Origin: Squalus acanthias | Taxonomy: Eukaryota | Direction of reading: 5' to 3' | NCBI GenBank assembly: GCA_030390025.1 | Contig: CM059432.1 | Span: 33,916,001 to 33,980,000, forward strand | DNA length: 64,000 nucleotides | Part shown: piece after piece, positions 29,680 through 39,874 of the stretch | Position numbering within the stretch: position 1 is the first letter of the stretch | Layout of the letters: each line of letters begins with the position of its first letter | Position numbers and translations under genes: made by a program | Notes under the pieces: generated by a model | Databases searched by the model: none | The model's input: the letters and a program-made list of their open reading frames with translations, nothing else | What the model was told of the DNA's origin: nothing

Positions 29680-32604
29680 CTTGGCAGGGGGATGGGATAT
29701 GGAGTGGAGCTATAGTAGGGGGTGATGCACAGCCAAATATAGAGGAAAAAACAAGTCAGCCTGGAAGGCAGGGCAAATATGTAACGGCACAAGGGAGTAT
29801 GGCAAGGCTGGTTGGCATTTATTTTAATGCAAGGAGTCTTGCGAGTAAGACAGATGAATTGAAGGTGTTGATGAACACATGGGAGTATGATATTGTTGCT
29901 ATCACAGAGACATGGTTGAGGGTGGGGCAGGACTGGCAGCTCAATATTTCGGGGTATAGGATCTTCAGGCGAGACAGAGGGGGGGTGTAAAAGAGGAGGG
30001 GGTGTCGCAATATTAATCAAGGAGTCAATTACTGCTGTAAGGAGGGTTGATATCTTAGCAGGTTCCTCTAATGAGGCCATATGGGTAGAACTTAAGAACA
30101 AAAAGGGGGCATGCACTTTGCTGGGAGTGTACTATAGGCCTCCAAACAGTCAGGGGGAGATAGAGGAACAGATATGTAAGCAAATCTCAGAGAAGTGTAG
30201 AAATAATAGGGTAATAATAGTAGGGGATTTCAACTTCCCCAATATTAGCTGGGATAGTCAGAGTGTGAAAGGCTTAGAGGGTGCAGAATTCTTAAAGTGC
30301 ATCCAGGAGAGCTTTTTGAGCCAGCATGTAGAAAGTCCTATAAGAGAGGGGGCGGTACTGGACCTAATTCTAGGGAATGTAGCCGGGCAAGTGGTAGAAG
30401 TGTTAGTAGGAGAGCATTTTGGTGACAGTGACCATAATTCGATGAGATTTAAGGTAATCATGGAAAAGGACAAAGATGGACCGGAAATAAAGGTTCTAAA
30501 TTGGGGGAAGGCCGATTTTAATATGATAAGGCAGGATCTGGCCAAAGTGGACTGGGATCAGCTACTTGTAGGAAAATCCACATCAGAGCAGTGGGAGTCT
30601 TTCAGAAAGGAAATAGAGAGAGAACAAAGGCAACATGTTCCCGTAAAGGTCAAGGGTGGGACCACCAAGCCCAGGGAATCCTGGATGTCAAGGGATATAC
30701 GAGAATGGATTAGGAAAAAAAGGGAGGCTTTTGGCAGATACAAAGGACTAAAAACAGTGGAAGCCCTAGAGGAGTATAGAAAGTGCAGGGGGGTACTTAA
30801 AGAAATTAGGAGAGCAAAGAGGGGGCATGAAATAACACTGGTGGGCAAAATAAAGGAAAATCCCAAGGTGTTTTATAAGTATATTAAGGGCAAGAGGATA
30901 ACCAGGGAAAGAGTATGGCCCATTAGGAACCAAAGTGGCAATCTGTGTGTAGAGCCAGAAGATGTAGGCGGGATTTTAAATGAATATTTTGCATCTGTGT
31001 TCACTATGGAGAAGGACGATGTAGGCATAGAAATCAGGCAGGGGGATTGTGATATACTTGAATAAATTAGTATTGAGAAGGAGGAGGTACTAGCGGTTTT
31101 AGCAGGCTTAAAATTGGATAAATCCCCAGGCCCAGACGAGATGTATCCCAGGCTGCTGTGTGAGGCAAGGGAGGAGATTGCAGGGGCTCTGACACAAATT
31201 CAGAACCTCTCTGGCCACAGGGGAGGTGCCAGAGGACTGGAGGACAGCTAACGTAGTATCATTATTCAAGAAGGGTAGTAGGGATAAAACAGGGATTTAC
31301 AGGCCAGTGAGCATAACATCAGTGGTAGGGAAATTATTGGAAAAAATTCTGAGGGACAGAATTAGTCTCCACTTGGAGAGGCAAGGACTAATCAAGGATA
31401 GTCAGCATGGCTTTGTCAGGGGAGATCATGTCTAACCAATTTGAATGAATTTTTCGAGGGGGTGACTAGGTGTGTGGATGAGGGTTGTGCAGTTGATGTA
31501 GTCTACATGGACTTCAGTAAGGCTTTTGAAAAAGTCCCACATGGGAGACTGGTCAAGAAGGTAAGAGCCCATGGGATCCAGGGCAATTTGGCACATTGGA
31601 TCCAAAATTGGCTTAGTGGCAGGAGGTAGAGGGTGATGGTCGATTGTTTTTGTGACTGGAAGCCTGTGTCCAGTGGTGTACCGCAGGGATTGGTGCTGGG
31701 TCCCTTGCTGTTTGTAGTGTACATTAATGATTTAGATATGAATGTAGGAGGTATGATCAGTAAGTTCACAGATGACACAAAAATTGGTGGAGTGGTAAAT
31801 AGCGAGGAGGGAAGCCTCAGGCTACAGGACGATATAGACGGGTTGGTCAGAATGGCAGAACAGCGGCAAATGGAATTTAACCCTGAAAAGTGTGAGGTGA
31901 TGCATTTTGGGAGGACTAACAAGGCAAGGGAATACACAATGAATGGTAGGACCCTAGGAAGGACAGTGGATCAGAGGGACCTTGGTGTGCATATACATAG
32001 ATCCCTGAAGGCAGCAGGACAGATAGATAAGGTGGTTAAAAAGGCATATGGGATACTTACCTTCATTAGCCGAGGCATAGAATATAAGAGCAGGGAGGTT
32101 ATGATGGAGCTGTATAAAACATTAGTTAGGCCACAGCTGGAATACTGTGTGCAGTTCTAGTCGCCACACTATAGGAAGGATGTGATTGCATTGGAGAGGG
32201 TGCAGAGGAGATTCACCAGGATGTTACCTGGGCTGGAGCGCTTCAGCTATGAAGAGAGACTGGACAGGCTGGGGTTGTTTTCCTTAGAGCAGAGAAGGCT
32301 GAGGGGGGACCTGATTGAGGTGTACAAAATTATGAGGGGCATAGATAGGGTAGATAGAAAGGAACTTTTCCCCTTAGTAGAGGGGTCAATAACCAGGGGG
32401 CATAGTTTCAAGGTAAGGGGCAGGAGGTTTAGAGGGGATTTGAGGAAAATCTTTTTCACCCAGAGGGTGGTTGGAATCTGGAACTCACTGCCTGAAAGGG
32501 TGGTAGAGGCAGGAACCCTCCCAACATTCAAGAAGCATTTAGATGAGTACTTGAAACGCCATAGCATACAAGGCTACGGACCAAGTGCTGGAAAATGGGA
32601 TTAG
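29670..32604 (+). pseudogene. CR1 ORF2 (endonuclease plus reverse transcriptase), disrupted by several stops and frameshifts
   Basis: YFNARSL, AITETWL, GVYYRPP, GDFNFP, SDHN, MDFSKAF, GVPQG, KFTDDTK and RGHSFK across ORFs from 29799 to 32604. Confidence 0.92.
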
Positions 32605-32676
32605 AATAGACAGGGCTTGATGGCCGGCGCGGACATGATGGGCCGAAGGGCCTCTTTCTGTGCTGTATAACTCTAT

Positions 32677-33568
32677 GGGGGAAAAATTAGGTCGCGCCCC
32701 ATTTGGGGCGCAAATATCGTCTGGACGCAAATATTAGCGCCTGGCGCTAATTATCGCCACTGACTGGAAACTTCACTTTTACCGCCCCGGGAGGTGATTG
32801 GAGCGCTAAATCAGGCGCTGCACACCTGTCTTAAGGCGCAAAGGCCAAGGAGTGAGGCGCTAACTCAGAGCGCTGGCGAAGCTCATGCAATGTCAGTCAG
32901 CAATGGAACACACACACAATGGCACGGGCCAGTTCTTAAAGGGGATGGTTAATCTTGCTTTCCATCCACATCCTGTTCATTGCAGCCTTGAATCTCGGCC
33001 TGGAGAGACTTGCACATCAAATGTGCTGGAAAGAACAATGGAGAGTACCAGGCAAAGAGCTCAGAGTGCAGCTCCCACAGTCTCTGCTAAATCGATACAA
33101 GGAATGGCAAATCAAAATGAACCTGCAAAGTGCTGCTCAGTACCCAAAACTCCTTCACACAACGTTGAATCTCTCCAGAAGTTTCTCCCTCTCTCTCTCA
33201 GAATGCGTAGTTCAAAAATGCCACCAACAATAAAAGGCAGGAAGCGGTCACCTTTAAATAGCGCTCCCCCTTTCCCTTAATGACTGCAGAACGCTCCCCT
33301 CAACCTGTCGTTGCTAGCGTCAGGCGGTAAGGCAGGGGGCGCCACTCAATTTCCGCTCCGGGGCGCCACAAGGGCGTTGCACCATGGAATGATGTCACAA
33401 TCTGCGCGCGCAGGTGGTCGCAGCGGTAAAGTTTAGCGCCGGGCACAATGTCTAGTTAAGTTCCCGAGCGGCACAAACATCGCTGCGCCCGGGCGTTAGC
33501 GGCTTTGCGCCCCATTAGCGCCCTCTTAAGGCGCTAACGGGAGGCGCAACCAACTGAATTTTTACCCC
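32677..33568. mobile_element. Harbinger-A-family MITE, copy 3 (892 bp), inserted in the CR1 tail
   Basis: TIRs GGGGGAAAAATT / AATTTTTACCCC with flanks TAT/CAT. Its ends are the reverse complement of the element A ends. Confidence 0.93.
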
Positions 33569-34120
33569 CATGACTCTATGGGCTGGATTTTGCCAGGCCC
33601 GAGGAGGAGGGAATGGAGGCGTGTGTGGTGTTAAAATAGCAAAATGGCGGGCGGGCCCGACCCCGCCTCCATCCCGCCTCCGAGCAATTTTCCCCAATGC
33701 GTGGTTTTTGATCCCGTCTCCGTCCCGCCTCCAAGAGGTGGGATAGGACTTTAAGGGGTAAAAATTCACTTGGTTGCGCCTCCCGTTAGCGCCTTAAGAG
33801 GGCGCTAATGGGGCGTTAAGCCGCTAACGCCCGGGCGCAGCGATGTTTGCGTCGCTCGAGAACTTAACTTGAGATTGTGCGGCGGCGCTAAAACTTACCG
33901 CTGCGACCACCTGCGCGCGCAGATTATGACGTCATTCCATGGTGCAACGCCCTTGGGGCGCCCCGGAGCGGAAATTGAGTGGCGCCCCCTGCCTTACCGC
34001 CTGGCGCTTCCAACGACCGGAAGACTGGAACGCTATCAATCGCTGTGGGGCTGGGGGGGGCGCTATTTAAAGGGGGCCTCTTCCTGTCTTTTATTGTTGG
34101 TCGACATTTATGCACCACTC

Positions 34121-34122
<2 letters not shown>

Positions 34123-34161
<39 letters not shown>
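34123..34161 (+). repeat. (AG)n microsatellite in the transposase A leader
   Basis: Directly visible. A shorter (CT)n equivalent is present in the MITEs. Confidence 0.9.
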
Positions 34162-34164
<3 letters not shown>

Positions 34165-34264
34165 CTACATTGACTCAACGCTTTGTGAGGTAGTTTTGCC
34201 TATTCATCCTAACTTTGTTGCTACTTTAGTTGCTGTCCCTCATTACTTTTCTGGCGAAGAGAAT

Positions 34265-35421
34265 ATGGGGGCTGCACTGATTGGGGGCGTCGTCCTGCTC
34301 CAGCTGAATCGGAGGATACAGAGACGCAGACAGAGAGTGGCAATGATGGCCAGACGGAGGAGGGCCATCAGGCGCATGTACAGGAGAGCTTACCCTCCCA
34401 GGGTATATCGTGAACAGCTCGCCTACATCCATATGTCCGAGGAGCTGTGTTTACGAAGGCTGCGATTCAGCAAGGAGGTGGTCACTGAGCTCTGCCAGCT
34501 GCTGCAGCCAGATCTGCAGCCTCAGCTGAGGTCCAGGACGTCTCTGTCGGTGGCAGTGAAGGTCACAGTGGCTTTGAACTTCTACGCCACTGGCTCATTC
34601 CAAGCTGCTGTTGGGGACCTTGCCAATATCTCCCAGTTTGCGGTGCATCGCTGCATCCGGCAGGTCACCAATGCCCTCTTCAGAAGGAGACGAGAGTTCA
34701 TCTCTTTCCCTATGACCCCAGACAAGCAGCGTGACCGTGCTCTGGGCTTTGCGAGGGTAGCGGGCTTCCCCATGGAGCAGGGCGCCATTGACTGCACGCA
34801 TGTGGCTTTGCGTGCTCCGCGTGAGAATGCAGAGGAATTCAGGAACAGAAAGGGGTTCCATTCCTTGAATGTCCAGTTGGTCTGTGACCACAGACAGGTG
34901 ATACTCGCTGTCATTGCCCACTATCCTGGCAGCTGCCACGATGCTTTTATCCTGCGCCAGACTACTGTGGCAGAAGTTTGAGGCACCGCATCAGCCAGTT
35001 GGTTGGCTTCTCGGGGACAAGGGGTACGCATTGAGCACCTGGCTGATGACACCGCTCCGTACGCCAAACACCCCTGCTGAGCTGCGGTACAATGAAAGCC
35101 ATCAAGCAACCAGGAACATTATTGAGCGCACAATCGGCGTGCTGAAACAACGGTTCCGCTGTCTGGACCATTCCGAGGAGCCCTGCAGTACTCGCTGAGC
35201 AAGTATCGAACTTCGTAGTCGTGTGCTGCATGTTGCACAACATGGCAATCCTCAGGACCCAGCCAATGCCACCAGGCCTTGTAGCACCACCAGAGGAGGA
35301 GGAGGAAGAGGAGGAAGAGGACGAGGACGATGATCATCAGCAGCACCAAGGCGGGAGGGCGGCCCACAATGGTCAAACTGCAAGGGCCGTCCGTCAACGA
35401 CTAATAGCAAGCCGCTTCTAG
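34265..35421 (+). pseudogene. Harbinger A DDE transposase (HARBI1-like family), frameshifted near 34978 and 35178-35198
   Basis: [79 protein letters not shown] and an acidic tail. Confidence 0.93.
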
Positions 35422-35834
35422 GGCCCCTGCCATTGCTACCAACATTAATCAACCCAGCACGCAACCCCTAAGCCAGGGCGGCCCACAATGGTCAAACTGC
35501 AAGGGCCGTCCGTCAACGACTAATAGCAAGCCGCTTCTAGGGCCCCTGCCATTGCTACCAACATTAATCAACCCAGCACGCAACCCCTAAGCCGGCCAAG
35601 GCACCAATAATTCCAACCACCAGCCATGTATATTTTGAATACAGAAACTTATTTATTTTACAAACTCTGTGTGTGTCAATTCCTCATGACAAACTCATAG
35701 AAATAAACACAAAAAAACAGTCAATAACATAACTGGTTCTCACAACCTGGAGATAATGTCCAAAACACTAAACAAAAGTTGGACCATGAACCTCGACCTT
35801 TAATAAAAAAATGACCAGCATTTTGTTACACCTC

Positions 35835-37655
35835 CTACTTTTTGCCCTTCGAGGGTGATCTCCTTCCCTTGCGCACTTCCCCCCTTCTAACCCTACTGCT
35901 CCTCCGTAATGGGACCTCAGTGGCTGCAGCAAGGCTGGTGGAAGGCTGCTGCTCGTCAGACCCTGACACTGCAGATGCCCCTGAAGGACAGCCTCGACCA
36001 CTTCTGGGCCTGGAGGGCCCGGCTGCAGACTGCACCAACTCTGCATGGGCGGCAGCAGTCTGTCCTACAGGCGGTGGCAAGTGCAGTGGAGAAGTGACAG
36101 TGTTGGCAGCAGGAATGCTGTCATCGAGAGAGAGGACAGCAACTCCCTGCTCGCCCGACACACTGGCACTCCCACGGGGCAGCACTTCAGCATCCGGAGC
36201 AATCTGCCGGAGAACAGATTGCTGGCCTGCTGCGGCGCGGTGACAGCCCCGGGGACATGTGCACGAACCATCGAGGTTGGCAGCAGTCTGTGCTCGCGTG
36301 GCCTCCATCTGAGTCTGTATGAGAGCAGTCAGAGATGGGATCACGGCAGCCAGTGACTGAATTGCAGCACTAAGCGTTAGTGTGGCATCCGCCTGTGCTA
36401 CAGCGAAGTGCTCCACACTCCTTGCCAGTGACTCAATGCATTCGGGCACCCTTCCCACTGCACCCATGAGCTCAGTGTGCATGCCCACCGCCTGGGTGTT
36501 CATTTCTGCAATCAGCCGCTCCTCCTCTGCGTCCATTGCAGTAGGAGTGTCTGGCATACTCTCCCTCTGGGGAGAAGGCCCCCGTTCTTCCCTACCCCCC
36601 CCATGGTGTTGCTGCAGCCCGCTGGGTCCTGGAGCTTCACCCTCATCAGCCCCTTCCCCCCTGCTCCCCTCCGGGGAAGGCGTGTTCCCAGTGTGGGCAT
36701 GGGCTTTCTCGGGAGAGGGTGGCACTGATGCTCTGGCTTCCTCTTCCTCCTCAGCTGCAGCATCACTCCCAGTGGCAGCTTCAGGGCCCGTCTCCTCAGC
36801 TGGTGAATCACCATCTGAAAGCAGGGAGGTACAAGAGTGGCTTTAGCGTGAGGACAGGGTGGCAGTAAGGGAGGAATAAGTGCAGCGAGTTAGCAAGTTG
36901 GATTGAAAGTGTCAAAGGCTGGTGTTGTGAGGGACAAGTGGAAGGACAGAGGACAAAAAGGTGATGACCTTACCATTGCTGTCCAGAACGGGGTCGGCGT
37001 CTCCAGTGGCGACGGGACCGATCACCCGGCTTGCCACAATCCTGTGGACGCGCTCCTCAAGATCGCTGAGGGGTTGCAGCTGAGGCCGCCCGCCACCTGT
37101 CCGTTGCTGCTGTCTCCTATTATGAGCCAGCTTAGCCTGCAAGAAAAAGGACAGCATCTGAGTAAATATACAGCCATGGTCTTGCCTGATGTGCCTCCCA
37201 TAGGTGAATAGCCCTTACTGGATGCAGCCATGGTCTTGCCTGATGTGCCTCCCATAGGTGAATAGCCCTTACTGTATGCAAAGTGTGGAATGTGTGTGTG
37301 TGTGTTTGATGAAAGGGCCATAGGTGTTGGATGAGTGTTGTGCATTGTGGTTTTAAGACCCTCTGGCCATAGAGTGAGGTTGAGATGGAGGGATGGAGAG
37401 GTATTGAGAAAAAGCCACTCACCCTGACGACCCGAGTGAGGTCGTTGAACTTTGTGGCATTGAGTATGGGTCCTGGGCACCATGCTCCTGGAGGAGACGC
37501 TCTGAGCCACCTCCCTCCACACTCTTCTGAACTCGCGTGGCAAAGGCCTCCTGCCACTCTCAGGGAACAGCATACATCGTCTGCGCTCCACTGCGCCAAC
37601 CAGAGCATCCAAGGCCCGCTCGGTGAAGCGATGAGCGCGTTCTCACCCTCTCCAT
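35835..37655 (-). pseudogene. Harbinger A Myb/SANT-like protein, three exons (37655-37423, 37136-36974, 36814-35835), with frameshifts in exon 1
   Basis: RFTERALDALV...W.EVAQSV...RT..QC.K-KFNDL. GT-AG sites (AGG|GTGAGT, TTGCAG|GCT, ATG|GTAAG, TTTCAG|AT) keep the frame into ORF 35835-36725. Confidence 0.85.
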
Positions 37656-38369
37656 GCTTGGCAGCAAAATGGATTCACAGGTCTCTCCAGGCTGAGATTC
37701 AAGGCTGCAATGAGCAGGGTGTGGCTGGGGAGCAAGTGGCCCCCCCCGCTTTAAGAAGTGTCCGGCGCCAGTGTGTCTGTGTTCCCTCGCTAACTGGCAG
37801 CAGCTGCGCTGCGCTCGCGTGCTGAGTTAGCGCCTCACTCCTTGGCCTTTGCGCCTTAAGACAGGTGTGCAGCGCCTGCTTTAGCGCTCCACTCACCTCC
37901 CGGGGCGGTAAAAGTGAAGTTTCCTGTCAGTGCCGATAATTAGTGCCAGGCGCTAATATTTGCGTCCAGACGATATTTGCGCCCCAAATGGGGCGCGACC
38001 TAATTTCTACCCCTAAGGCCCTTAACAACCACTTAATTGCCTCTATAATCCCATTTTGAGAGGCCTTTCCGATTTTAACACTTTTCCCACGTGATGCACG
38101 CCTCCTCTGAAACACGATGGTGAAACCTGGCGGTAGCAGAATTCGATCGCTGACTATCAGCTGCAGCACCACCATTAAAAAGGAGATTTCATCAATCATC
38201 ATTTGCAGGTGGCAGAACTTTGTTGTCTCAGGTCTGGGGGAACTTTTAACAGGCATGACCATTGCTGTGGAAGTTTGGAGCCTGACACCCATCTCCAGTG
38301 TGACCTCCTGGGAAACCCCTCTCCCCACCTTGAATGAGCGCTTCCTCAACTGAGGCATATACCAGAAGC

Positions 38370-39617
38370 ATGGGAACCATTTATTTCCTTTCCTCCTGAA
38401 CATCAGATGAGGACGAACACCAGCCACGGCAGCAGCAGAACCCTGAACACCAGCAGCACCAACTGCAGGAGCAACAGCAGGAGCTCCAAGCTGCTGCTCA
38501 CCCACCTGAAGCTGCACAGGCCAGAAGGTGCCAGCGCATGGAAGCACGTCAGCACAGGAGATACCCCCAAAACAGGGTCAACAGACAGAGGATCAGCTAC
38601 CTCAGCATGACTGAGCAGCAGTGCCAAAGGCGGCTACGACTTTTGCGAGAGATAGTGGGTGACATCTGCGCAATGGTGCAGCAAGACCTGGAGCCCAGAG
38701 GAGCAGGTGGACACCCCTTACCAGTGCCCGTCAAAGTCACCACTGCTCTCAACTTTTTTGCCTCAGGCTCATTCCAGGGATCAGCAGCAGACATCAGCGG
38801 CATCTCCCAGGCGGCCGCACACACTTGCATCACGCAGGTAACCGATGCCCTCTTTGCCATCGCGCACAATCACATCCATTTCTCCAAGGATCAAGCCAGT
38901 GTAACTGCGCGGGCGGTTGGGTTTGACAATCTGGCAGGCTTTCCCAGGGTGCAGGGCGTCGTTGACTGCACACATGTGGCCCTTAAGGCACCCCATCACA
39001 ATCCATGTATTTTTGTCAACCGCAAGGGCTTCCACTCCCTCAACGTACAGCTGGTGTGTGACCACAAGAAGGAAATTTTGCATGTTTGCGCCAAGTACCC
39101 TGGCAGTTGCCATGACTCCTTCATCCTGCGCCAGTCTAGTGTGCCTCCGCTCTTCAGTCCGCCAGACCAACTTCACGGATGGCTACTTGGAGACAAGGGC
39201 TATCCCCTGAAGACGTGGCTAATGACGCCGTTTAGGAGCCCATCCAACGAAGCTGAGGAGCGCTACAACTACAGCCACATTTCCACCTGATCCATAATCG
39301 AGCAAACCATCGGCTTGCTGAAGATGCGCTTCAGATGCCTGGATAGATCAGGTGGAGCCCTGCAATACTCAGCAGCCAGGGTCTCCAGAATCGTTGTGGC
39401 TTGCTGTGCACTTCACATGGCACAGCGTCATGGCTTGCAGATTCCTGAGGACCAAGTGGCTCCTCACATATCCTCCTCAGATGAGGAGGAGGAGGAGGAG
39501 GAGGAGGAGGGCGAAAACGCTCATCTTGCAGAGGCGCATCAACCAGCGGCAGCAGTATGCGAGAACATTGCTGCCCGGGATGCAAGGAATGCACTCATCT
39601 TGGCCAGATTTGCTTAG
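38370..39617 (+). pseudogene. Harbinger B DDE transposase, single reading frame with two in-frame TGA stops (38397, 39288)
   Basis: ATG 38370 is in frame with ORFs 38538-39290 and 39315-39617. Motifs GVVDCTH, NRKGFHS, PGSCHDS, LGDKGY and IEQTIGLLKMRFRCL. Confidence 0.93.
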
Positions 39618-39874
39618 CCTAGCCAATCAAGCACTTTTGCCTCGCAGCTTCTTACCAGAGCATCGACAATGGCCAAGAACCAGCTGAATCCTAGCACTCT
39701 GACCACCATACTGACAATTGCAAGTCATCCTAAGCCCTCAATGTGGAAGTCCCATTAGCGATATGACACACGCCACAACTGCAACAGTTGCCATCAGAAT
39801 TTTTATTTACAGTCACCAACTGATGGCTTTTCAACATTAAACATCACATTTCACCCAAGTGACTACCCTTGTGA

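Larger units (their letters stand above)
28050..32676 (+). mobile_element. Full-length CR1 LINE (5' UTR, ORF1, ORF2, 3' UTR); tail units continue at 33569-33579 and 42164-42174
   Basis: Continuous ORF1 (Zn-finger plus esterase) and ORF2 (EN, RT) homology. The 5' start is at the same nucleotide as in the copy at 42175-44693. Tail TAACTCTAT(GACTCTAT)n. Confidence 0.95.
33755..38013. mobile_element. PIF/Harbinger transposon A (4259 bp), complete two-gene structure
   Basis: TIRs GGGGTAAAAATT / AATTTCTACCCC and a perfect TAA TSD (33752-54, 38014-16). Convergent transposase and Myb/SANT-like genes. Confidence 0.95.

Noticed and set aside
23815..33280. Thrice-repeated ORF MEHTHNGTGQ... as a novel gene family
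   Set aside because: It lies inside MITE copies, spans UTR and antisense sequence across the deletion junction, and is truncated in copy 2. Conservation reflects copy youth.
33869..34264. N-terminal extension of transposase A in the ORF track
   Set aside because: It starts at TTG and runs through subterminal sequence and an (AG)n tract. ATG 34265 matches the MGA start also seen in element D.
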